Made by a program: the position numbers and the translations under genes. From positions 50,220,001 to 50,284,000 of the forward strand of contig OX597821.1 in NCBI GenBank assembly GCA_951406725.2: a stretch of DNA of 64,000 nt, read 5' to 3'. Positions 52,338 to 64,000 of the stretch are shown here, in pieces. The notes below the pieces were generated by a model. The model saw only the letters and a program-made list of their open reading frames with translations. It did no database searches and was not told the DNA's origin. Numbering within the stretch: position 1 is the first letter of the stretch; each line of letters opens with the position of its first letter. The stretch comes from Octopus vulgaris. Taxonomy: Eukaryota.

Positions 52338-52903
52338 TTGGGTTGTCCGGAAAGTTTGTGCCGATTTATAGTAGCTTACCTTTCGACTTATTTTAGAACA
52401 TGTTTGAGTCCATAAAATAGGATTTGACTACACCTCCATTTAGAACATAGTTTAAGCTATCTTTTCGTGGAAGAAGGTTTATGTTCCTATAACCTGTGTT
52501 AATTCTGTAACCCTTTAAAATGGAAGATGAGAAAGTTCATTTTCAGCACTTGATGCTTTGGGAACCAGACAAAAATTGCTGCAGCTCGGCTGGGATGTGT
52601 TACCCCACCCTCCATATTCACCAGATATTGCTCCTTCGGATTTCCACTTATTCAGGTCTCTGCAGAATAGTCTTAATGGTAAAAATTTCAATTCCTTGGA
52701 TGACGTAAAAAGATAGCTTGATGAATTCTTTGCCATGAAACCACCTCAATTCTGGGAAGAGGGTATTTTCAAGTTAAAGGAAAGATAGAGACGCATTGTG
52801 CAACAAAATGGTTCATATTTGATTGATTAAAAATGTAGTGGCAAGTATTTATTGACCTTTTTCTTTCCTTTAAAAATCGGCACAAACTTTCCAGACAACC
52901 CAA
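52338..52903 (+). mobile_element. Internally deleted mariner (566 bp) with both TIRs and TA TSD
   Basis: TA|TTGGGTTGTCCGGAAAGTTTGTGCCGATTT ... AAATCGGCACAAACTTTCCAGACAACCCAA|TA; MEDEKVHF.. is joined to HPPYSPDIAPSDFHLFRSLQN. Confidence 0.92.
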
Positions 52904-53196
52904 TAACAACATTTACAAGGTACTGCTTCATTTTGAGACCAAGAACAAGATTGAAGAAAGAGAAATGTCTTGCTCTGAGAAAATTTTGGTACAATAACCT
53001 TAAGAGACAACATGCAGATCTGACAATTTAAGGATTTTAATTATGACCCAGATCTATATAGAGTTTCACATAGCCTTGCCCAATTAGTACCCCATTTTCA
53101 TACCCCCAGTATATAAACCAGTAAATAACTAGAGAGAAATCATGAAGTGAATGACACAGTAGTGACAATCAATATGTGAGGATAATCATGTGATAT

Positions 53197-53368
53197 AGGC
53201 ACAGGAGTGGCTATGTGGTAAGTAGCTTGCTTACCAACCACATGGTTCTGAGTTCAGTCCCACTGCATGGCACCTTCGGCAAGTGTCTTCTACTATAGCT
53301 TTGGGCCAACCAAAGTCTTGTGAGTGGATTTGGTAGACGGAAACTGAAAGAAGCCAGTCGTATATATG

Positions 53369-53401
<33 letters not shown>

Positions 53402-53630
53402 GTTTGTGTCCCTGTGTTTGTTCCCCCACCCCACCCCCAACATCACTTGACAACCGATGCTGGTGTGTTTACGTCCCCATAACATAGCAGTTCAGCAAAA
53501 GAGACTGATAGAATAAGTACTAGGCTTACAAAGAATAAGTCCTGGGGGCGATTTGCTTGACTAGAGGCGGTGCTCCAGCATGGCCACAGTCAAATGACTG
53601 AAACAAGTAAAAGAGTAAAAGAGAGTAAAG
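53197..53630 (+). mobile_element. SINE family A
   Basis: Full head-to-tail match. Confidence 0.88.
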
Positions 53631-53784
53631 AGTACAATGAACAGGTCAATCAAACCTTCTTAAAAATACATACAGTTGGACTCAAATTGTCCAAATGAGA
53701 CAGCTGAGAAATATTTTGTCAAGATAACTGATTATCTGGATAACTGATCTGATAGTAAATATGGGGAGCCAGACTGAACATAAT

Positions 53785-54175
53785 TATAAATGCAAACTTC
53801 AATGTCTTTTCACCGAAATCAGGGATAACGCTCCAGGTTTATCAACAGTGCAAAAGTGGCCAGCTGGATTTAGGAGCGGAAGGGAGATAGCATGGATGAC
53901 AGGCGATTGACTATAAATCAAATAGCCAATGCTATTAGCACATCCACTGAGAGAGTTGAGAACATTATGCACGATGGACTTGGTATGACGAACATTCCTA
54001 ATCAATGGGCGCCATGTCTTCTGATACCTGATTTCAAAAGCACACCAGGTTGATTACATCTGATATTGTTTGAGGCAGATCCAACTGGTTTCCTTGAATA
54101 TTTCCTAAGCTAAGATGAGCGTTGGCTTCATCATTTTGTACCAGAGACAAAGAGACAATCCATGTAGTGGTCACC
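53785..54175 (+). mobile_element. Mariner transposase internal fragment
   Basis: DRRLTINQIANAIS..QWAPCLL..DERWLHHFVPETKRQSM. Confidence 0.72.
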
Positions 54176-54674
54176 CATGCCTGTTTTAAGATCATTTTAA
54201 CATTGTTGAAAGTAACTGACTGAAATCAAAGTAACAGACTGATTGACATATGGTATTCTTCTGATGATGGTCAGTAACAATTTTTTCATGCAATATTTTT
54301 ATATCTTCTTTCATAATTAGAATCCACTTTTAATTATCGCAACCAAAAAATGAAATAGTAGCTCCATTATTCTTCTTAAATTCTGAGTATGGCTAATTAA
54401 ATATTCATGTAGTATAGAAATGAACTCACTCAGAAGGCTATTGTAGAAGATACTTGACCAAGAGTCATACAGTAGGATTGAACCCAAAACCGTGTGGTTA
54501 AGAAAAATGAACATTTTAACAACATAGTCATGCCTGAGTAGTAAATGAAAATATGTTGTTGTTGTGATTGTTTGGGTAATGTATTAGCAGAATCATTAGA
54601 GTTTCAAACAAAATGTTTTGCAGTATTTTGTTACAACCTTTCACGTTCAAAGGTATGGCTGTATGGTAAGAAAC

Positions 54675-54833
54675 AGACATGGCTGTGTGGTAAGAAGCTT
54701 GCTTCCCAACCACATGGTTCTGGGTTCTGTCCCACTATGTGGCACCTTGAGCATATGTCTTTTACTATGTCCCCAGGCCAACCAAAGTCTTGTGGGTGGA
54801 TTTGGTGGACAGAAACTGAAAGAAGCCTGTCAT

Positions 54834-54884
<51 letters not shown>

Positions 54885-54904
54885 GACAGATAGATAGATA
54901 TACA

Positions 54905-54955
<51 letters not shown>

Positions 54956-55170
54956 CTGTGTGAGGGTCTTTGTGTCTGTGTTAGTCCCCCCTCCACTACT
55001 TGACAATCAGTGCTGGTATATTTATGTCTCTGTAACTTAGCAATTCGGCAAAAGAAACTAATAGAATAAGTATTAAGCTTACAAACAATAAGTCCTGGGG
55101 TCTATTTGCTTGACTAAAACCCTTTAAGGTGCTCCAGCATGGCTGCAATCAAAGGACTAAAAGAATAAAA
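54675..55170 (+). mobile_element. SINE family A
   Basis: Head, long internal microsatellite and tail. Confidence 0.82.
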
Positions 55171-55374
55171 GAAAAATCCCAACTACTGCCTTTCATTCTC
55201 ATTAGGTCAATAGGACAAAATATTTTATTACAGGGCGATGGTGGAAACAATTGATGATGGTTATGGTAATGTTGGGTGGTGGTGAGGGAGATGGTAATGG
55301 TGGTATTGTTGTTGTTGTTGCTGCTAATAGTGACAGAAGCAGCAACAGCAGTGATGTTTGTGCGACAATAATTT

Positions 55375-55895
55375 TTTCTTTTCTAGGCAAAAGGCCCGAA
55401 ATTTTGGGGAGGGGTCAAGTCAATTAGATCGACCCCAGTACGCAACTGGTACTTAATTTATCGACCCCAGAAGGATGAAAGGCAAAGTCAACCTCGGCGG
55501 AATTTGAACTCAGAACGTAAAGACACACAAAATACCACTAAGTAGTTCGCCCAGCATGCTAACGTTTCTGCCAGCTTGCTGCCTTTTTGTGGTGACAATA
55601 ATAACGAAGACTTTATTCATGACATCACCTTCATTATTGATTTAACATACTATTTCTGATTCTGGCAAATGTATGTCAATATATTAAGGCAGCAAGCTGG
55701 CAGAATTGCCATCACGCCATGCAAAATGCTTAGCAGCATTTCATTAGTCTTTATGTTCTGAGTTCAAATTCTGCCGAGGTTGACTTTACCTTTCATCCAT
55801 TCAGGGTCAATAAAATAAGTACCAGTTGAATAATGGGGGAGGGGGTTCAATGTAAATGACTTAACCCTCCCCTACATTAGCTGGTCTTAAACCCA
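55375..55895. mobile_element. Two monomeric SINE B copies head-to-head (minus 55375-55585, plus 55686-55895)
   Basis: The family B core is present in both orientations. Confidence 0.8.
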
Positions 55896-57160
55896 AATAT
55901 TTCTATTCATTTCTTTCAGTCAACAGATCAAATGTGAGACTCTAACTTATGCCTTGTATAAGGTGGTCCCAAGACTTTCTATCCCTTCAATCTGTTTTTT
56001 CAACCATCTCCCACAGATTAATATTCTGAGGTAGAGGATGTTAATGGCAGAGTTCAATATATAAAAAAAAAAAAAAGGACTGTGCCCATGACCTGTTGAA
56101 GAGCCGCTGGGACAAGAAAGGGAACAGAAAAAACCCATAAATTACCCCCAGACTGGAGACTTGCTCCAAATTCTTGCAACAAGATGAAGTTCCCTAATAA
56201 ACCCTAAGGACTAGGTGGTGGCACTGAAACAGGTAAAGAATTTAATGTACTATGAAGAACTACAATGATTTCTCCAACAGATTTCCACACAAGTATCACT
56301 CTTCATGATTTCACAAGGCTTTTGACTCAAGGTAATAGTAAAAGACGCATACAAAAGGTGCCATGTGGTGGTATTGAACCTGAAACCACATGATTATGAA
56401 GCAACTTCTTAACCACATGGCAAATCTGTCAACCCCCACCTCAAGTCTTTGTTGTCTTAACACATCTTATCTTATCCTGTCTTCTCTTAACACATGTCAT
56501 ACATTCAAAAGAAAATGTTCATAGCAGCACATTTGTCTCTACTTAGAATTATGTTTTCCTTGACATAATTGTCATAACTGAGTTAGATGAGTTTAGATAA
56601 CAGCACATTTTCATGCATCCTACCCTGTCTGTACACACAAAAACAATTTCACAAAGAGGAATCAAAACAATAAAAAATATATTCTGTTTGAATAATCTCA
56701 ATTCTTAATCTTAAATAGCAGCAATTTTCATTGATAATAAACATCTTTCTAACAATTTTCATGCTTAATGGTGTATACATATGTGTGTGTGTATATACAC
56801 ACACACACACACACACATAAAGAGAGAGATAAATTGATACACACACATATGTATATATAATGAATTCAGCCTTTACATTCAACACATTCAGTCAAATGAG
56901 GACTAATTATATACATTTTTGGACTAAACATCTCTCCATTGGGATACATTCAACCCAATGATTACATTCCATAAATGGCAACCAATTATTCTATCACAGA
57001 AAAGCAATATCAAGTAGTCTCTCTTTTAAATTAATTCCTCCATATTTCTAAATAGATTCTAATGACATGAGCTATAGACATTCTACTATTTTTGCTCTCT
57101 CACTGTCACAGACAGTTACACACACACACTACATAGGCACTTTCTTATACACACATACAT

Positions 57161-57237
<77 letters not shown>

Positions 57238-58299
57238 GTGAGTGAGTGAGAGGCGTGTGTGTGTGTGTGTGTGTGTTTTATCAGTACTCTGATCATAACT
57301 GTGATAGTAAATTCAGACTATGAAGTTCAAGCCTTCATTTTACTTAGTGGCAGCTTCGTTACTGGTACAACTAATGTAATAATAATAATAAAAGAATTCT
57401 TGGTTGAGACAGCTAAGACAGCACTGGAATGATTCTTATGAGGATATGTAAATGATGATTGTTTCCATGCTTAATTGAAGAGCGAATATAATAGAATGAT
57501 ACCCAGAAGTTGTACAAATGTCTTTAAAAAAAAATCTGTCTGATAGCAGTGAAGGATGATATGTTTTGTCTCATTTGTTATCTTGTTATTTCTTATTCCA
57601 GACATAATACAACACATAGCATCATAATATCACACATGGACTATCAACACAGTTTCATGTATCAACAAACACGGCAAAATATCACAGTCAATGAAATAGG
57701 TAGAGGAGCAGAAACCATCACGCTCTGATTTACTCTACATTTCCCATTTCCTTCCTACCAGTACTCTGGACACCACCAGGGAACTCTCTAAATGCTAGGT
57801 CCCTTTTACATGACACCAGCACAAGTGTATTTTACATGGCACTGGCACTGTGGAATACTGAGCCACTTCACATAATTCAATGAATAAGTTGTCCAGCTGA
57901 TTTAACTACTGGACGATTATGTATACCAAAACAATGTGAGAGTCCAATATTACAGGGAAAGAATTAAAATGTCAATTATTTTCATTTCTCCTCACAATGA
58001 AAGATTCTTCTGGAAATGTAAATTTACTTAATTTTGAGCCAATGTGGTTACTCAAATTGCTAGAAACAGAAGTCAAAGCTCTCTTGAATCAGATCCTTAC
58101 AAAAAGAAAGACACATTAGATAATATAGTCCTTGATACGTTGTCTAAAATATAAGACAAGTTGATCGTAGCTGCAAAAACCTTCATCAAGGATCTATTCA
58201 ATCAAGGGTGTGCTAAAACTAAACAAACACAACAGCAGCAACAACAACAACAACACACACCTCTTCCACCCATATTTTCAATTCATGTTGATAAATGCT

Positions 58300-60360
58300 A
58301 TCTTTGTGGTAGCAATTCAAGTGGCTCAAGTGGTTATCTAATTCTCGACAAATCTATCGAAATGAAGAACTATTGATACATATATGTATGGGAAGGTTTC
58401 TACTGACAATTTAAACAATTGCTACATCAACACGAAATCAAGACAGTAGATCCCATTTGGATGAAAACAAGTTAGCAAGTGTTTGGAGGGATATCTTTAG
58501 AAATAGTAGACTCACAGATACTGAAATAATCATGATCAAGCACACAGTGGAAAATGACCTAAATACAAGACAGGAAGGAAGTGAAGAATCAGATGAAAAG
58601 AGTAGATCGTCACAAGTCTTTATTGAAAGACTGTCATCTGACCAAATCACACACAGGCCTGAAGAAATAAGATAAATCTTTATCTGGGTCATTCGAAATA
58701 ATGACCCAGATAAAGATAGACAGGAAAATGGTACAGAAACAGTACTTGAAGATCACATGTTTGCTTAAGAACACAGAGAGCCTATGATGGAAATGAAGTA
58801 GAAAATTCTGTATGAGCTTGTGGTTAGTTGTAAGATATACAAATATGAATGATTGAAAACCACTTCATAAACTCTCAAATACAAACAAACAAACAAAAAA
58901 AAACTAAAATTGGCAACTATATAACAAAAGAAATCATACAAGAATTAAAACCTGTCCTTACTGAGTTAAATGAAATTATTTATACATCTGCTAAAGCAAT
59001 CAAAACCAATTGTGTACCTTTGAAAAAACAAAGAAAACCAAAATGGGAAGATATCCAAACTAGAGAAGTAGAATTGAAAAAGAGATTGAATTAATGAGAG
59101 GGAAAATATCAATATTAAATGAACTGATCAGCGAAAATTATATAAGATTCAGAAAAGGAAGAAAGATGAAGAGAAATTACAGATTCTTACCAAGAAGAAG
59201 AACTGATATCAACAAAAGAAACACTGAAATGAAAAATCCAAACAAAAGCTCCAAAGATTACAAAGATTTGAGAAAGGAAACAATTTTTGCAAGCAAAATA
59301 AGCTGTTCACATCCATAGCCAAAACATTCTACAGAGTAAAAGAGAAGGAGAAAATAACCACTAAAACCCACCTACCTCCAATGAAAGAAGTTGAAAACTT
59401 TTGGCAAAAGATTTAGAGTGATAAGAAGATATACAATGAAAATGCAGATTGGATTAGATGCACAGAAGGATCCTATTGAAATTTACAAGAACAAGCAAAG
59501 GCTCATAAATGGAAATCCCCTGATAAAGAAAGGGTGCCAGATTTCTGGCTCTCATCACTCCCATGAAGACACAAAAAGTTAGTTCAGCTGTTCAATGAGA
59601 TTATGAGAGATCTTAAGGAAACACCTGATTAGTTAGCAAGTGGTATTCTTTTCTACTCCCAAAAAATAATGAGACCAAAGTTCAAAAACCTATTGGCCCA
59701 AAACCTATTTATCCACCACCTATAAAATTTAGCATCTATTCTCATGGAGAAAACAAGCATTTATGGAAGAGAATGATATTTTTCCCACTGAAAAGTTGTG
59801 ATTCTGCAATGATGAGATTGAAACAGTGAGCCACCTAATCTCTGAATGTAAAGTTTTAGCACCAGTAGAGTATAAATCAAGACATGATAGAGTTTACTAA
59901 TATCTACACTGGTTAATATGTCAGTATTATAAAATAAAAACATTTGACAAGTAGTAATAGCAGCACACTAAATGAGGAAGAAAATGTAACAATTCTTTGG
60001 GACTTTCCAGATTATACAGACAGAACCATCAAAGCTATTAAACAAGATATTGTTGTTGTAAAAGACCAAAATAATAAAGTTTGTTTATAGAACAACATGA
60101 GTATTCCTTGTGATCATAATATCTCAGCAAAAGAATTTGACAAGCTCAGAAAATATAAAAACTTGCTCATTGAAATTGAAAAAATGTGACATCTCAAGAC
60201 AGTTACAATACCAGTGATCATAGGAGCACTTGGAATGATCCAAAAAGGAACTGAAGATTATTTGAGAATGATCCCTGGCTTACCATCCCTACAAGAAGTG
60301 CAAAAGATTGTTTTAACTGGTGGATCATATGTCTTAAGGAGAGCATTGTCACTGTGAGAA
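58300..60360 (+). mobile_element. Decayed R4/Dong-like non-LTR retrotransposon (RLE type)
   Basis: ETVSHLISECKVLAPVEYKSRHDRV (zinc-knuckle region), LWDFP..TDRTIKA, SAKEFDKLRKYKNL, TIPVIIGALG and LQEVQKIVL...LRRAL; numerous stops. Confidence 0.82.
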
Positions 60361-60824
60361 TGATTACCGCCCATGTAAATAATTTTTTTTTTTATTTCCA
60401 TACATAACTTTATTTGATTTTATAAATGAGCCGTCTAGTGTGTTTAATTTAATGGCCTATCAATAAATACAGTCAGTTTCTTTATCTTAGGTGTTGGGAA
60501 GGCACTAGGCAAGAAATAGAAGCAAAATTGAAAGGAGAAAAAACTAACAATAATGATAATAATAACAATAAACTCTCCCTAACAATAATGATAATAATAA
60601 AAATAAACTCTCCCATCAAAGACAATGTATGAGCATTCATCTTTTGCCAAACAACCAGTACAAATGATTTGTTTATAGTGATCAAATGTTCGTGCTGCAT
60701 GTGAGATGAAGTGTTTTGTCCAAGAACACAATGCACCACCAAGACTAGGAATTGAAATCACAATCGCTAGATTATGAGTGCAACACCCTAACCACTAGGC
60801 CATAATAATAATAATAATAATACT

Positions 60825-61038
60825 CCTTTCTACTATAGGAAGAAGGCCTGAAATTCTGGGAGAGGGGTAAGTCAATCACATTGACCCCAGTATTTGACTG
60901 GTACTTAATTTATTAACTCTGAAAGGATGGAAGGCAAAGTCGACCTCGGAGAAATTTGAACTCAGAACGTAGCGACAGGTGAAATACTGCTATGCATTTC
61001 GTCCAGCTTGGTAATGATTCTGCCAGCTTGCTGCCTTA
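60825..61038 (-). mobile_element. SINE family B monomer
   Basis: Reverse complement of the family B head and core. Confidence 0.8.
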
Positions 61039-61119
61039 AGATAATAATAATAATTGTATGTGCATATGTATGTATGTATATTTACACTACAATGAAAATA
61101 ACATAGAGGAGTGGTTGGT

Positions 61120-62590
61120 GAGAGCTGTACACGCCATGCACTAGGATGCTACCAGTAAGGTGAGTGTTGGTAATAAGTACAGCAAAGAATTCAGGGTACA
61201 AATAGGGGTCCACAAGGATTGGTGCTCAGCCTCATCTTGTTCATCATAGTTCTCCAGGCAATAACAGAAGAATTTAAGACAGGGTGTTGATGACCTTGCT
61301 CTTATAGCTGAATCACTACCAGCACTAGAGAAGTTCCAGATATGGAAGCAAGGTCAAGAATCAAAGGGCCTTAGAGTTAACCTAGCAAAAATCAAAGCCT
61401 TAGTAAGTAGGAAGGCAGGCAAATCATAAATCCCTTCAGGTAGATGGCCCTGCTCAATCTGTAGAAAAGGCATAAGTAGAAACTTCATAAGATGCACCCA
61501 GTGTAAGCTTTGGACACATAAAAGGTGCAGCAATATCAGAAGATTAATGGGGAAACTAGCTTTTGTATGTGGAAGATGCACAGGTACAATAAATACTGAA
61601 AATGTGCAGAAAATAGACTCAACGGCCGGGGATGGGGAGGACAAGCTAGAGGTAGTTGATAGCTTCTGTCATCTAGGTGATGAAGTTAGTAGTGGAATGG
61701 GGTGCTCTTAGAGCTGTGAGAATAAGATTACACTGGGCAAAGTTCAGAGAGCTCCTACCTCTGCTGGCAACAAAGGGCCTCTCTCTCAGAGTGAAAGGTA
61801 GATTGTATGATGCCTGTGTGCAAATAGCTGTGCTATGTGGCAGTAAAACATGGGCTGTGATAGCTGAGGATATGCGTAGGCTTGAAAGAAATGAAGCCAG
61901 TATGCTTCGCTGGATGTGCAATGTCAGTGTGCATGTTCAACAGAGTGTAAGAATCTTGAGAGAAAAGTTAGGCAGAAGAGGCATCAGATGTGATGTGCAA
62001 GAGAGACAACTGCACTAGCATAGTCATGTAATGCGTATGGATGAGGACAGCTGTGTAAAGAAGTGCTGATCTCTAATTGTGGAGGGAACCTGTGGTAGAC
62101 GTAGATCCAGGAAGACATGAGACGAAGTGATGAAGCAATGACTAGTGACCGAGACTTTTGCTGTACTTGAGAAGGCTCATTATGCCACATGGAATTGTAA
62201 TCACGGCTGATGGTGGTGTCACATAACTGGCACCCATGCTCGTGGCACATAAAGAGCACCACTGAAGATTTGGGCCTCACAGAGGCAAAATGGCTGAATT
62301 TCAAGCACTGGGCCTCATGGAGACAATGACTGAGACCTTTAGTATTATGTCATGCTTGAGAAGAAGACCCATCAAGCCAAGCAAAATTGCAGTCGTGGCA
62401 GATACCAGTGTCACACAAATGGCACCTCAGCCAGTGGTATATAAAATGACCCATTACACTCTCGGAGTGGTTGGCATTAGGAAGGGCATCCACCCATAGA
62501 AAACCATGCCAAATCAGACAGAAGTCTAGTGCAGCCTTCCAACCCATGCCAGCATGGAGAACAGACATTAAATGATGATGACGATGATAA
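61120..62590 (+). mobile_element. RTE-like LINE 3' half (RT with Cys-rich insert) and (GAT)n-tailed 3' end
   Basis: LFIIVLQAITEEFKTG..DDLALIAES, GLRVNLAK, LEVVDSFCHLGD and WAKFRELLPLL..VKGRLYDACV..GSKTW. Confidence 0.82.
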
Positions 62591-62699
62591 TAATCTGTAT
62601 CAACCCTGAAAAAACTCAGTCAAAAAGCGTCTGCCAGAGTTTAGACATCATCTTGATTTTTTTTTTTTAAACTTGAAAATCTCTGATTTTGAAAATAAA

Positions 62700-63200
62700 A
62701 AACTATTGAAAGTAGACTTCAGGATTGGAAAAGCAGCAACAGCATTCCAGCATATGTGTTCTATAAGGGTGACCTCAAACATCAACACTGATGTGAAATT
62801 TCATCTACATAACTCCATCATTCTGCCTGCTGCAATCTATGCCAGTGAGACTTAAAAGAGCACGGAAAGGATAGATAGAAAACTAAATGTATTCTATCAA
62901 CAGTGCCTCAGAAAGATCTTGATGATCAACTAGGAGAACCATATCACAAATGAGGAAATTCTGAGATTGAGGTCATGACCACTGCAAGAGATTGTAGCAG
63001 AATAGCAACTACACCCAGCTGGCCACATTTTCCATCTAGCCAATCAACAGCACTTGAAAACAGCCATGACTTGGGCACCACCAGACAGCAAGTGTTAAAA
63101 GGACAGGCTAAAGATAGCTCAGCAGTAAACATTTCAAGATAATACAAAGACATTATGGGAAATGGATGTGCAAGAGTAGCAGTCAACTGAACCCAGAAGA
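62700..63200 (+). mobile_element. RTE LINE C-terminal fragment
   Basis: RIGKAATAF..NSIILPAAIYASET..KLNVFYQQCLRKIL..HITNEEILR. Confidence 0.72.
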
Positions 63201-63246
63201 GGAAGCTTTCCACCTAATGCACTGAGCAGCACAAGAGAATCTGAAG

Positions 63247-63568
63247 CAGGGGTTCTCAACCATTTTGTATTTATGGACCCCATTGATTACTATTTTATTT
63301 GGGTGGACCCCATACTCATTCAATGTTTTAAAATGAGTTTTATAGAAACCCTTTTGAAATTCCTATTTTATTTTCCATACATTCCCTCGTGTAGGTTGAA
63401 CTATGGTAAAATGCTAGAGAAAGAAACCTAGCTGTTTCTTGCAGTACATACATCTAAATCAAAATATTTTTAGGAGCACATAAAGTACAATTGTGAATCC
63501 CCAATTAACTATTTTGTTGTGTGGGCCCCCCAAAATCTTATATGGACCCTCAGGATTGAGAACCACTG
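63247..63568. mobile_element. hAT-like MITE with 8-bp TSD
   Basis: ATCTGAAG|CAGGGGTTCTCAA ... TTGAGAACCACTG|ATCTAAAG (7/8 TSD match). Confidence 0.85.
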
Positions 63569-64000
63569 ATCTAAAGCCAAAGCTTTAATAATTTGGACAT
63601 TCTCTTTACTGAAAATATTTGCTATGAATCTATATGGTTGAGCAACAAATCAAAAAGTGTCCTTTCTTTGTGTGATAATGGAACCATGTAAGAAGTGTAA
63701 TTCTTCAAAGTAGTAATAAAATCTGGATAACATTTTTTTTTGTGTTATTGTGGACATCAAAAACACAGGGAATCGTGATCATCACCATCACCTTCATCAG
63801 TAGCTGCAGCTATAAGCATAATTATAAAGATGAAATGTAGTGCCACTTTACTAGATTTAACACAATTCCAGGTTCTCAGAGCAGTGACACTGCCATTCAA
63901 AAAGTCTGTGGAATACAAGCGTATGGAAACTTTATTAAAGAATGTGTTCCCAACTGACAACTACCAAATATTTATGTGTATAGTGTGAGTATGAATGAGT

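Overview
Eukaryotic, AT-rich, microsatellite-dense animal DNA. The repeat complement (three tRNA-headed SINE families, RTE, R4/Dong and Penelope-like retroelements, Tc1/mariner, long (TA)n/(CA)n tracts) suggests an octopus or other coleoid genome; this is inference, not a database match. Most ORFs in the supplied track are microsatellite or SINE artefacts. The only host gene I can support is a divergent actin-like gene on the minus strand: exons 50349-50169 and 39388-38354, a 10.8-kb phase-0 intron at the classic actin 41/42 position, and a start exon not found. The rest is decayed transposons (a full-length mariner, a maT-like element, Merlin, two Helitrons, hAT MITEs, LINE fragments). The most interesting structures are: (i) minimal type I hammerhead ribozyme motifs with a palindromic stem III, two of them in the arms of a 630-bp inverted repeat with a compensatory stem II change; (ii) a cluster of fold-back elements at 22-37 kb; (iii) local inverted duplications and a SINE expanded into a 184-bp tandem array at 11.4-14.1 kb; (iv) a PHD-finger motif inside a LINE reverse transcriptase. 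I found no convincing new multi-gene system. Boundaries of decayed repeats are approximate.
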